A stretch of DNA of 64,000 bases from a bacterium. Lineage in GTDB: Bacteria > UBA8248 > JACPRG01 > G963555815. The position numbers were made by a program, and so were the translations under genes. The stretch spans positions 289,550-353,549 of the forward strand of contig CBDHDG010000002.1 of the NCBI GenBank assembly GCA_965261595.1, in the 5' to 3' direction. The notes below the pieces were generated by a model. That model had not been told where the DNA came from. It ran no database searches and worked only from the letters and a program-made list of their open reading frames with translations. This document shows, one piece after another, positions 38,533 through 48,443 of the stretch. The stretch's first letter is position 1; each line of letters opens with the position of its first letter.

Positions 38533-39314
38533 TCATTATGCCGTACATGCAGACTTGCAGGGAGTGAGTGGAGAGGGATTCGTTTTTCCCCATGACACCC
38601 AAAACCAATGAGTTCGTGTCGTTTTCTCCCTCCAGGAGTGTTCTCACATACTCTGGGAAATCGGAAACCTGTTGGAAATCAGGTAATTCATAAGGGTCGG
38701 GATCGTCCAGGGCGTCCTGAAGCTTATTATCCGCGTGATGCATCAAGGCGTCGACCTTCTCCTCCGGTTTTTTCAATGGATCAGCGAACGTTGCGTTCAA
38801 GGAGGATTTGGCGGCCTCTTCAAAGGGCTCGACGTGTTCCGGGTAGATGTATGCGGTGCCTTCGTAATCATTTTGAATCCGGTTGAAGACGTTTTGCGAG
38901 AACGAATGGTTCGGGCCTTGAAGAAGCTTGAACCGGCGATCTCCCCGCCCCTGAACGTATAGGGGAAACTCAAGATGCGATCCGACCCTCAGCGCCCGGA
39001 TATCGATGGGCTTGAGGTTTTCTTTCCCCTGTGTCTTCGTACTTAATTCGCCGGACATTCTCTCGGTTTCCTTTGTCCATAAACAGACGGGTTTTTCAGG
39101 CTGATTGAATTCCCTTGTCTCTACTCTTCGGTCTGCTGTTGCGGGGACATTAGCGGGTTTTCAGGGGATTTTGGAAATCATGGGGGTCCGGAAAAATTGG
39201 CCGGATGCGATTCAAGGACGTTTTTCCGGATTCCGCTCCGGTCAGGCTCTTTTGATGATTGACACCGGCCGTGCAACTTCGGTGAGAGATGCGGGACCAT
39301 CCCCCACCCTCTGT

Positions 39315-40511
39315 TTATTCCCGGGCGGAGAGGCAGAGCAGAAAGCCGGCGAAGACGATCGCCCCGCCGAGATAAAACCCGCCCGCCAGCGAGCCGGTTA
39401 CGTCGCGTATCCAGCCGGTGAGGACAGGGGCGATTACCCCGGAAATCTGGCCGATGAAGTTCACCATCCCCATCGTGCTTCCCATGGCCTCAGGCTTGAC
39501 CCGGGCCACGCGGTCTCCGAGCCAGGCCAACATGATCGGTTCGACAGCGGGCTTGCCCAACGCCCCGAACGCTATCAGGGACAGCGCCAGCCAGAGCCGG
39601 GAATGGGCGAAAGACATGACAAGGACGGCCGCGGCCGCCAGGGGGAAGAGAAGGATACAAAGCCGCTTTCGTCCGAGCCGGTCTGAGATGCGCCCCGCCA
39701 AAAGACTCGCCGGGATGGCCGCCGCCGCGTAGAGGGCCGTGAACACCCCCGAATGGGTTACGCTGAGGTTTCGCTCCGACTGAAGAAAGGCCGGCCCCCA
39801 ACTGACAGCCAGCCAGAACCCGTACAGAGAGCAGAAGTTCGCCAGCATCACCGCGATCACGCTCCGGTCGAAGAAGACCGCGCTCCATTTCGTCGCAGAG
39901 CGTTTCCGGGGAATTTCCTTCATGCGGAATCCGTAGTACGCCGCGAGCGCCAGTGTAGGCCCGGCGAGGAGGACGAAGGGGAGCCTCCAACTCTCGAGCC
40001 ACGAATACAGGGGACCCGCCATCAGGAGACCGAAGCCCAGGCCGACGAACAGCCCCGTGAAGACCACCGCCCCGTTGAAGGCGCGGCGGTCGGGCGCCGA
40101 CCGGGTGAGGATGTAGCCGAAGGACGAGGGGAAAAAGCATCCCGCCCCGAGGCCGTGGAGCCCCACAAATGTCAGGAGCAGGCCGTACGTGACGCCCCCG
40201 ACGGCGATCCCCGCCAAAGCGAGGCCGGCCAGGGCGTACGTGGCCCCCAGCGTCTTCCGGTAACCCCACCGGTCGGCCAGGACGCCGCCCGGGACTTGCA
40301 TCAAAGCGTATGTGACGAAGAAACTGCTTGTAATCGAGCCGATCTGAACGCCCGAGAGGGAAAACTCTTTTCCGATGACCGTGAGGAGGGGGTACAGGGC
40401 GGTCCGGTCGGCGTACAGGAAGAGCCAGCCGAGAAAGAATACAAAGAGGAACCCCATTTTGCGCTGTGGCGCGGGAAACCCCGTTGTTGAAGCCCCATCA
40501 CGTGATTTCAT
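39315..40511 (-). CDS. MFS transporter
   Basis: YADR, GVLADRWGYRK and GRISDRLGRK motif-A repeats; about 12 hydrophobic segments. Start could also be 40538 or 40457. Confidence 0.92.
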   Translation of the reverse strand: MKSRDGASTTGFPAPQRKMGFLFVFFLGWLFLYADRTALYPLLTVIGKEFSLSGVQIGSITSSFFVTYALMQVPGGVLADRWGYRKTLGATYALAGLALAGIAVGGVTYGLLLTFVGLHGLGAGCFFPSSFGYILTRSAPDRRAFNGAVVFTGLFVGLGFGLLMAGPLYSWLESWRLPFVLLAGPTLALAAYYGFRMKEIPRKRSATKWSAVFFDRSVIAVMLANFCSLYGFWLAVSWGPAFLQSERNLSVTHSGVFTALYAAAAIPASLLAGRISDRLGRKRLCILLFPLAAAAVLVMSFAHSRLWLALSLIAFGALGKPAVEPIMLAWLGDRVARVKPEAMGSTMGMVNFIGQISGVIAPVLTGWIRDVTGSLAGGFYLGGAIVFAGFLLCLSARE

Positions 40512-41053
40512 GTTTGATCGTCCCGCATGGGTCGCCACCCTTGATTACCGCGGCCGAAACCGAAGCTTCCGCACAGCCGGCCGGCTTCGATCATCGTTCC
40601 CTCAGAAGGGGCAGGAGGGATGTTTCCCCCCCGGGCATCGATGAACTCCTCGAACCGACCGGCCCTTTCCTCCAGGGCGTTGTTCCAGGCGATGCCCTCC
40701 ACCGTCCGACTCCTCCCCCCCCGTCAAGACTCTTTCGCCAGTTTAGGTGATCCGATCATGGGCCGCCAAATCGGGCGGGCGGAATCACGAGCGGGGGCGG
40801 GCTCATCACCCCCCCCCATTCGGCTCCGGCGGCGCCCGGACTCCCTGGGGTCCGCCCAGGTCCCGGGAACACTGAAGAAAACCGCCCCGTGTCCCATCGG
40901 TCTTGAATCCTTGCGGCCGTCTGGAAATTAAACGCGAAAGGGCTAAAATGGCGGGCTTGGCTGTCGTAGGCCGGATGTGGATCTTCCGGGATTTCGGGAT
41001 TCTCAGAGCGAGCGTCTCTGTCCAATCTTGCGGGGGAGAGGGGGGGAGTCTCA

Positions 41054-42034
41054 ATGGACCTTCAAACGAAGACCTATATTGCCCTGGTGATCTTCGGCTT
41101 GGCCACCATCAACTTTGTCACCATGTTCGAGCTTCTGGCGCGGAAGAACTCCAAATGGAACTACAAGGTCGTCAGTACGATTCACCGGATCAGCGGTGCG
41201 ATCGCTCTCATTCTGATGTTGATCGTGGGGTACTACTGTGTCGTGGGTTATTCCTCCTCCCCGGTTGAGACCTCGCCCCGGGGAATCATTCACGCCGTGG
41301 CGGCCATCGCCGCCTTTTTCATCATCGCCGTGAAGATCGGGGTTCTCAGGAGATACGGGAAGCTGAGTGACAAGCTCCTCACGTACGGCCAGATCCTCTA
41401 TTTCTGCATCCTCGTCACGGTATCGCTCTCCGCCGGCTATTACCTCCTGACCACATGGACGAAAAACACGGATGCCGTGGCCGGCATGTTGGGAAACAAG
41501 GATTCCTTTTACGGCCGGGTCGACACCCCGGAGACGGGCGAGAGCATCATGAAGGTGAAGTGCGCCCGGTGTCATATGCTGGAGCGGATCTATACGTCCC
41601 GAAAATCCTCGGACGGATGGGCGACGACCATCGCCCGAATGACCGGGCGGGCGCCGGAGGGCTGGATCGGCGGTCTTGAAGCCCTGCGCATCGCGGGATT
41701 CCTGGCCCATAGCCAGGGACCCGGAAAGGTCACCCGGGACGGGGTGGTGACGATGACCAAGGTCGCCCTGGGCGTTTCAGGCGATTCCGGACAAGGCAGA
41801 CAGATTTTCGAGAAAAAATGCACTTTCTGCCATCACGCCAATTCCAAGGAAACCAAAGTGGGTCCCGGCTTCCTGGGGCTTTTCCGCAGGGGGCAGCTTC
41901 CCTTCAGCGGCAGGGACGCGAACGAGGCGACCATTCGGGCCCAGCTCAATAAGCCCATCGGGACCATGCCTGCGTTCCGGGACCTCTCCGATCAGGAAAT
42001 CAAGAACATCGTGGCCTACCTCTCCACGCTCTGA
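41054..42034 (+). CDS. Membrane-anchored diheme c-type cytochrome
   Basis: About four N-terminal TM helices with His residues, then CARCH and CTFCH heme motifs and a GTMPAF distal-Met motif. Confidence 0.82.
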   Translation: MDLQTKTYIALVIFGLATINFVTMFELLARKNSKWNYKVVSTIHRISGAIALILMLIVGYYCVVGYSSSPVETSPRGIIHAVAAIAAFFIIAVKIGVLRRYGKLSDKLLTYGQILYFCILVTVSLSAGYYLLTTWTKNTDAVAGMLGNKDSFYGRVDTPETGESIMKVKCARCHMLERIYTSRKSSDGWATTIARMTGRAPEGWIGGLEALRIAGFLAHSQGPGKVTRDGVVTMTKVALGVSGDSGQGRQIFEKKCTFCHHANSKETKVGPGFLGLFRRGQLPFSGRDANEATIRAQLNKPIGTMPAFRDLSDQEIKNIVAYLSTL

Positions 42035-42273
42035 TGCGCCGCCGGGAAAGGATTCTCACCCCGGTGGCATTGTGGATGCGCCCGTGAAATAATCTCCCGG
42101 CGCCGGATACAGGCTTCAGCGAAAGTTTCGCCTTCCTCTCTCCGGATGGATAGAGCCGGGGGGGGATTCGCTCCGTTGGAAGCGGACGCGCATGAGGCCT
42201 CCGGCGATCTCATACCCGGATCCGCATCGTAAAAGGACGGTTTTACAATTTCAAAGGAGGGAGATTCCGCCAG

Positions 42274-43677
42274 ATGGTCGATCTGCTCATTACGGACGCC
42301 GATCACTTAGTCACCATGGATAAAAAGCGGCGCGTCATCCGCGACGGGTCCGTCGCCGTCCAGGGGGGCCGAATCCTTCAGGTCGGCAAATCCAAAGACC
42401 TCAAGGCCAGGTACGGCCATCGCGCCGAACGAACCCTCTCCGCCAAGGGGAAGCTTGTCCTTCCGGGCATGGTGGAAGGCCACATCCACCACACCCAACA
42501 CCTGGCCCGGGGGGTGGGAGACGGGATGTTCGTCCGGCCGTGGCTCATGCATTTCATCTATCCGTTCGAAGCGGTCATGACCCCGGAGGAGGCCTATATC
42601 TCTTCCCTTCATTGCCAGTGGGAGATGATGCGGTCCGGGGCGACCACCTTCATCGAGACGGCGAACTACTTTCCCCGCGAGCTGGCCCGCGCCACCCAAG
42701 AAACCGGCATGCGGGGGATCTTCTGCCGGAGCACGTACGACCAGGGGCAGAAGGCCTTCGGGAAGCTCCCGGAGAAGTTGTTCACCCAGACCACCGCCCA
42801 GGCCCTGAAGCGGGCGGAGAAGGATTTTCTGGATTGGAACGGGGCGTGCGACGGTCGGCTTCGCGGGGGCTTTAATCTTCGAATCCCCTCCAACTGTTCG
42901 GACCGGCTGATCCGCGGGATTCACGGGCTTTCCGAGAAGCACGGCGCGCTCATTCAGAGCCATGTGGCTTCCGTCTTCGAGCAGCTCACGTCCTCTCTCT
43001 ATGAGCACGGGATGAGCGAGTTCGAGCGAATCGAAAAACTGGGTTGCTGGGGACCGAATTGGCTCCTCATTCATATGGGGTGGGTGCGGCCCAGGGAGAT
43101 GGAGCTGCTGAAGCGATACAACATCAAGGTCTGCCACTGCCCGAGCTGCACCCTGCACCTGGGGTACGGCAATTTCACGCACGGGAGCTTCCCGGAAATG
43201 ATCGAGATGGGCGTCACCGTCTGTCTCGGCTCGGACGCCTCGCCGGCGGGCGGGTTCGTGGACATCGTCAAGAATATGTACCTGGCGGCGAACTGCCACC
43301 GGGACGCGCGCCTCGATCCCAGTGTGATGAGCATCGAGAGCGTCATCGAGATGGCCACCCTCGGCGGGGCGAAGAGCGCCCTGTGGGAGGACGAGACCGG
43401 CTCGCTGGAGAAGGGGAAGAAAGCCGATCTGGTCATGTTCGACATGTCCGGTCCCGAATGGTTCCCGCGCTTCAACCCGCTCTACAACCTGGTTCACGCC
43501 TCCAACGGGACAAACGCCGACACCACCGTTATCGACGGGAAGGTCGTGATGGAGGGCGGAAAGGTCCTGGGGATCGACGAGGACGCCCTGTTGAAGGAGG
43601 TCCAGAAGTGCGGCCGGGCCATCATGAAGCGGGCGGGTCTCGGTCACTTGAACAAGACGCAGTGGCCGGTGGAATAA
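42274..43677 (+). CDS. Amidohydrolase (MTA/SAH deaminase / AtzA-like)
   Basis: PGMVEGHIH, QSHVAS, IHMGW, CHCP, LGSD, GSLEKGKKADL. Confidence 0.9.
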   Translation: MVDLLITDADHLVTMDKKRRVIRDGSVAVQGGRILQVGKSKDLKARYGHRAERTLSAKGKLVLPGMVEGHIHHTQHLARGVGDGMFVRPWLMHFIYPFEAVMTPEEAYISSLHCQWEMMRSGATTFIETANYFPRELARATQETGMRGIFCRSTYDQGQKAFGKLPEKLFTQTTAQALKRAEKDFLDWNGACDGRLRGGFNLRIPSNCSDRLIRGIHGLSEKHGALIQSHVASVFEQLTSSLYEHGMSEFERIEKLGCWGPNWLLIHMGWVRPREMELLKRYNIKVCHCPSCTLHLGYGNFTHGSFPEMIEMGVTVCLGSDASPAGGFVDIVKNMYLAANCHRDARLDPSVMSIESVIEMATLGGAKSALWEDETGSLEKGKKADLVMFDMSGPEWFPRFNPLYNLVHASNGTNADTTVIDGKVVMEGGKVLGIDEDALLKEVQKCGRAIMKRAGLGHLNKTQWPVE

Positions 43678-43702
43678 CCGCCGGGAGGGCCGGAGGAAAT
43701 AC

Positions 43703-44707
43703 ATGGAGCTTCGAATCCTGAGCGAGCGGGACGTGCGCTCGCTTCTCAGCATGTCCGAGGCGATTGACGTGCAAGCCGAAGCCTTCCGGATTCTGGCCGA
43801 GGACCGTTCGGTCGAGGGCCTGCGGAGCTTCGCCATCTCCGAGACGCCGCCCGGAATCGCAATCTTCAACCCGTCCTTTCTCAAGGCGGGCCGGGGGTAC
43901 GGGGTCAAGGTCGTCTCCGATTTCTATGAGAACGAGAAAAAGGCCGTTCCCCGAATGACGGCCCTCGTTGCCCTGTTCGATGGAGAGACGGGCCGTCCGA
44001 CGACGGTGATGGAGGGCGCGCACCTGACGGACCTGCGCACCGGCGCGGGAACGGGTCTCGCGGCCCGGTATCTCGCGAGAAAGGACAGCCGGACTGTCGC
44101 CGTCATCGGAGCCGGGCGCGTCGCCCGCAACCAGCTCAAAGCCATCGCGGAGGTCTGCCCCCTGGAGAAGGTCCGGCTCTCGACGCGAACCGAAAAGCGT
44201 GGCCGGGAGTTCATCGAGCGGATGGCTGGCCTCGGCCGGACGCCGTCCGATATCGAGTTGGTCGAATCGCGCGAGGCGGCCGTCGCCGCCGCCGATATCG
44301 TCATCGTTGCGACCACTTCCCACACCCCCGTGTTTCCGGGCGCGTCGCTCAAGCCGGGGACGTTCGTCGTCGCCGCCGGGGCGTATGAGGCGGCGGCCCG
44401 GGAGGTGGACACGGAGACCATCCGCCGGGCGTCGAAGTGGGTCGTGGACAGCCGGACGGACTGCATGGCCAACGCGGGGGACCTGTTGGTCCCCATTCAG
44501 GAGGGCGTCATCCGGGAGGAGCAGGTGGCGGGCATCGCCGATCTGGTGGACGGCCGCCGGCCCGGCCGGGAGTCGGACGACGAGATTACGTATTACAAAT
44601 CCATGGGCGTCCCGATTCAGGATCTCGTCACCGCCCGGCACATCGAGCGACGCGCCGTGGAGCGGGGGGTGGGCGTTCTCATCGACATCGGCGGCGACGA
44701 GGATTGA
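43703..44707 (+). CDS. Ornithine cyclodeaminase/mu-crystallin family protein
   Basis: GVKVVS, LTDLRTGA, GAGRVA, GRESDDEITYYKSMG..IQD. Confidence 0.92.
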   Translation: MELRILSERDVRSLLSMSEAIDVQAEAFRILAEDRSVEGLRSFAISETPPGIAIFNPSFLKAGRGYGVKVVSDFYENEKKAVPRMTALVALFDGETGRPTTVMEGAHLTDLRTGAGTGLAARYLARKDSRTVAVIGAGRVARNQLKAIAEVCPLEKVRLSTRTEKRGREFIERMAGLGRTPSDIELVESREAAVAAADIVIVATTSHTPVFPGASLKPGTFVVAAGAYEAAAREVDTETIRRASKWVVDSRTDCMANAGDLLVPIQEGVIREEQVAGIADLVDGRRPGRESDDEITYYKSMGVPIQDLVTARHIERRAVERGVGVLIDIGGDED

Positions 44708-44858
44708 TCGGCCGGCCGCGCCGGGCGGTTGTATCGATCAACGGAATCTGATACGTTTCGGGCGTTGGTCCAAGATTCCGCCACAGTCGAAGAGATGTCG
44801 GTTTTTGCGTCGCCCCGCAGACGGCGTGATCGCGTATTCGGCAAAGGAGAGTTGTGAA

Positions 44859-46121
44859 ATGAGCATGGATCTGAGCTTCATCGAGAGACCCCATCACTGG
44901 ACGCCGCGGCGCAACTACAGCGCGACGGGGTCGGACTGGCAGATGCGGGTCGACTACGACAGCCTGCGCAAAAACCGCCTCCAGCGCGCCAAGGACATGA
45001 TGGAAGAGCACGACATCGACGCCCTGGTCATGTTCGTCGGTGAAAACGTGCGCTACACCTGCTCCGTTTTCCAGGGCAACTGGAAGAACAACATCTTCAT
45101 CCGTTATGCGATTCTGCCGCGCGGCGGCGAGCCGATCCTGTTCGAGACGGCGGGGTCCGACCTTCAGTGCGCCAAGATCGACGCCCCGTGGCTGGAAGGC
45201 CGCATCCGTCCCGCCATCACGTGGAAGTGGTCCGAGGGGGCCGAGGACATGATGGTCAACCGGATGGTGGACAGTGTCATCGACGCCCTGAAAGAGAACA
45301 ACGTGGAGAAGGGCAAGGTCGGCATCGACATCATGGACCTGCGGGCCTACCAGGCCTTCACCGCCAAGGGGATCAACCTGGTCAACGCCTGGCCCGCCCT
45401 GAGCGCGGCCCGGGTCATCAAGACGCCCGAGGAGATCGAGCTGCTCAAGCTCTCTTCCACCGTGGGCGACGCGGCCATGTGGAAGATCAAGCATGAATGG
45501 CTGAAACCGGGCATCAAGGAGGCGGACATCACCGCCAAGGTCAACGAATTCCTGTACACCGAAGGCTTCGACTTCGTCTACGACATTATCGTCGCCTCGG
45601 GCGGGAACACCAGTCCCTACCGGCGCTGGCACACGGACCGGATGATCCGCGACGGGGATCTCATCATCGTCGACATCAACGCCGTCGGTCCGGGCGGATA
45701 CTTCGTCGATTACGTCCGGTGCTTCAAGGTGGGCGGCAAATGGACGGCCAAGGAGAAGGACCTCTACAAGGAGGTGTACGACTCGATGTACGCCGGCCTC
45801 GAACAGCTTCGTCCGGGCAAAACGAGCCGGGACGTGGCGGAAAACTTCCCGGTCTACGACGATGACAAATACGGGACGGTGACCCTCCAGCAGTTCGCCC
45901 ACAGCATCGGGCTGTCGCTCTATGAGGGGATGTGGATCTCCCGGGCCTATTCCCTGGACCACCCGGCCGAGATCAAAGAGAACATGTACTTCGCCATCGA
46001 AACCTTTGCGGGCCATCCGGGTCTCGAGCAGACCGTCCGGCTCGAGGAAAACGTTCTGGTCTCCGGCGACGGTCCGGTCATCTTTACGTTGATGGAGCAC
46101 TATGAAGAGTGCCTGAGCTGA
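44859..46121 (+). CDS. M24 (Xaa-Pro peptidase-like) family hydrolase
   Basis: Creatinase-type N-domain (ENVRY), R.IKTPEEI, metal ligands IVDIN, YFVD, AHSIG, AIET, RLEE; AAGGAG RBS. Confidence 0.88.
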   Translation: MSMDLSFIERPHHWTPRRNYSATGSDWQMRVDYDSLRKNRLQRAKDMMEEHDIDALVMFVGENVRYTCSVFQGNWKNNIFIRYAILPRGGEPILFETAGSDLQCAKIDAPWLEGRIRPAITWKWSEGAEDMMVNRMVDSVIDALKENNVEKGKVGIDIMDLRAYQAFTAKGINLVNAWPALSAARVIKTPEEIELLKLSSTVGDAAMWKIKHEWLKPGIKEADITAKVNEFLYTEGFDFVYDIIVASGGNTSPYRRWHTDRMIRDGDLIIVDINAVGPGGYFVDYVRCFKVGGKWTAKEKDLYKEVYDSMYAGLEQLRPGKTSRDVAENFPVYDDDKYGTVTLQQFAHSIGLSLYEGMWISRAYSLDHPAEIKENMYFAIETFAGHPGLEQTVRLEENVLVSGDGPVIFTLMEHYEECLS

Positions 46122-46178
46122 TCTGAGCGCTGCTCCGGGACCGCGTCCGCCGCTGCGCAGGCGTCCGCCGTGGTGGAG

Positions 46179-46217
46179 AACGGCCGGGGAGTCGGCGGCG
46201 ATCCCCGGCCGTTTTTT
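46179..46217 (+). terminator. Rho-independent terminator
   Basis: Stem AACGGCCGGGGA/TCCCCGGCCGTT ending in a T6 run, downstream of the M24 gene. Confidence 0.7.
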
Positions 46218-46238
46218 GTGGAAGGGAGGAGGAAGGGG

Positions 46239-46886
46239 TTGTCGAGTCCGCTTCGGTGGTTCCGGCGACAGGCCGCGCCGGTGGCGGCGCTTGCGCTCGC
46301 GGGCGTCGGCCTGATGGGTTGCGCGAGTCCGCTCTACTATCCGCAGAGAACGCGCTACGCCTATCAAATGTCGATGACACAGCCCGTCGAGACGCCCAGG
46401 CGCCATTTCATGGACGCCGATATCGACATCCGCTTCCGGTTCCTCGAAACCAAGCTCGCGTTTCATCTTCACAACAACACGGTCAGGCCCATGACCATCG
46501 ACTGGGATGAGTCCCGCTATATCGGTGAGACGGGCGCGGTCAAGCGCATCATCCACAAAGAAACCAAGCCCCGGAACAGAAAGCGGCCCCAGCCCCCGGC
46601 CGTTATTCCTCCCAGCGGTTTTTACGACGATCACGTCCTGCCCAGCGAAAACATCCTGGGGTCGCTGCTCCTGCCCGAAATCCTCCCGCTCTATCCCGAA
46701 TGGGACTACGCCGCAACCTTCTATCTTTCGGGCAACACCCCGTCCGCCGACGAGTCGGCCGATCGGCGAAGGGCCATCGCCGCGGGTCTGAACGAGCGCA
46801 CCATCGGCCTGGACCTGGCGATGATCGTGAACGGCCGGAAGAAGACCTACAAATTCCGCTTCCACGTCAAGGTCAGCCGGAAATAG
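46239..46886 (+). CDS. Hypothetical lipoprotein
   Basis: Basic N-terminus, hydrophobic stretch and lipobox LMGC; TTG start after GGAGGAGG. Confidence 0.65.
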   Translation: MSSPLRWFRRQAAPVAALALAGVGLMGCASPLYYPQRTRYAYQMSMTQPVETPRRHFMDADIDIRFRFLETKLAFHLHNNTVRPMTIDWDESRYIGETGAVKRIIHKETKPRNRKRPQPPAVIPPSGFYDDHVLPSENILGSLLLPEILPLYPEWDYAATFYLSGNTPSADESADRRRAIAAGLNERTIGLDLAMIVNGRKKTYKFRFHVKVSRK

Positions 46887-46993
46887 TCGGGCGTCGTCCG
46901 TGCCGCTTTCGGCCGGGATGATCGCGCCCCGGTTGTGTATCGAAAACAAGTTGACATTTCATGAATTGCGGAACGAGGGCCATATGAGCCGGC

Positions 46994-47070
46994 GGCGGGC
47001 AAGATGCCCGCCCCACCTGTTTGGATACACGAGCGTTTCACCGACCGGTAGGCCGGGCATCCTGCCCGGC
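46994..47070. repeat. Inverted pair of GTAG/GTGG REP-like palindromes (REPIN-like)
   Basis: GGCGGGCAAGATGCCCGCCCCACC (46994-47017) and GGTAGGCCGGGCATCCTGCCCGGC (47047-47070). Confidence 0.7.
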
Positions 47071-47176
47071 TGCCAAGGACAAGTCGGGTCTCGAATTGTA
47101 AGAGGGTTTCCGAGACGTCTCCCCCGCGTTGCATTCGAAAGTTTCCCCTTTGACCGATTCCGCGGGACACGGGAAA

Positions 47177-48249
47177 GTGGACGTCTCCACCGGACGGGGC
47201 CGCGGTGGATGGGGCTAGAAGGACCTGCCCGCCTTTCCCGGCTTCGCCGCCATGCTCGGGCCCGGCATCGTGTGGGCCGCCCTCGCCCAGGGAAGCGGGG
47301 AGCTGATCTGGTGGCCGTATCTGACGGCCAAGTACGGCGGCGCGCTGTTGGGCCTTCTGATCCCGGCCGCTCTCATGCAGCTTTGGATCAGCGTCGAGAT
47401 CGGCCGGTACACGCTGAACACGGGCGAGACCATCTTCGCCGGTTTCCACCGGATGAGTCCCGTCTACGCGGGCGTCCTCTGGGTCGGGCTGTTGTGCGTC
47501 TCGCTCTGGTTCGGGGCGTACGCCGTCGCGGGCGGCACGTCCCTGGCCGAGTTGACCGGATTCCCGGCCGGTTGGACGCACAAGGGAAGAAGCCTGCTCT
47601 GGGCCTGCGTGACGATCCTCCTGTTCTTCTCCCTCCTGCTGTTCAGCCCGGTGGCGTACCGGTGGATCGAGAAGATCATGTGGGGGGTCGCGGGCGTCAG
47701 CGTGGCGGGTGTGTCGGTGGCCGTCGGGTACCCGGAGGTGTGCGCCGCGCGGGGGCGTTCTTCCGGGCGGTGACGGCTCCGCGCGCGAGTCTCCCGCAAG
47801 CTTGGGAGGCGTCCGACGCCCCCATCCTCCTCACGGCGCTGGCCTTCGCGGGGCTGGGCGGTTTTTTCAATTTCACGTACAGCTATTGGTTGCGCGAGAA
47901 GCGGGCGGGCATGGCCGGCTACATGGGGCGCGTGACCAGCCCGATCACCGGCCGGGAGGAGGCGTCCGCCGACACCGCCCTTTTGTTCGAGGATTCGCCG
48001 ACCAATCGCGGCCGCCACCGGCGCTGGACCCGCTACCTCTGGACGGATTGTCTGCTGGGCGTGGTCCTGAACCTGGTGACCGTCCTGTTGATGTGCTGGC
48101 TGGCCCTGGCCCTGCTCTATCCGAAAGGGTTGATCCCCAAGGGTTGGGAGCTTGCGGTCGTCCAGGCGAGGTTTTTCAGCTTCGCCTGGGGGCCGGCGGG
48201 CAAGGTCCTCTTCCTGGCGATCGCGGCGATCTTCTTGGCCGTTAAGTAA
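47177..48249 (+). pseudogene. Nramp-like/APC-fold transporter, disrupted and truncated
   Basis: LPAFPGF..MLGPGIVWAALAQGSGELIWWP...EIGRYTLNTGETIF; in-frame TAG at 47216, frameshift at ~47745-47755, then FAGLGGFFNFTYSYWLREK..GM. Ends abruptly at the AT-rich junction ~48241. Confidence 0.75.
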
Positions 48250-48443
48250 ATAAATCCATTCTCATCAGCCGTGAAATATCACTATCATATTGATATTATT
48301 GAATAATACACATTATTCCTGCTCTTGCTTAGAACTCGCCTTGCGTAGACCGTAATCAAAATGAAAGCGGATTTGTTAAAATGCCCGCGCATCCAAGCGA
48401 GCCCCTGTCGGTAAGCATTCAGTCGTGGGGTGATGCGCACGTT

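Larger units (their letters stand above)
36618..39058 (-). pseudogene. HD-GYP-type phosphodiesterase-like gene split by IS256
   Basis: 5' part 38533-39058 (...THSLQVCMYGIM) and 3' part 36618-37089 (IVNEL...HDIGK...HREHYDGNRYP...ARICSIAD). Removing the IS and one TSD gives a 990-nt in-frame ORF (329 aa). Confidence 0.88.

Noticed and set aside
40508..41050. Short ORFs between the MFS and cytochrome genes
   Set aside because: No motifs, no convincing RBS and mutually overlapping frames.
47216..47218. In-frame TAG as possible pyrrolysine or readthrough
   Set aside because: The gene is also frameshifted and truncated, and no pyl genes are visible; a nonsense mutation or a downstream start at 47252 is simpler.
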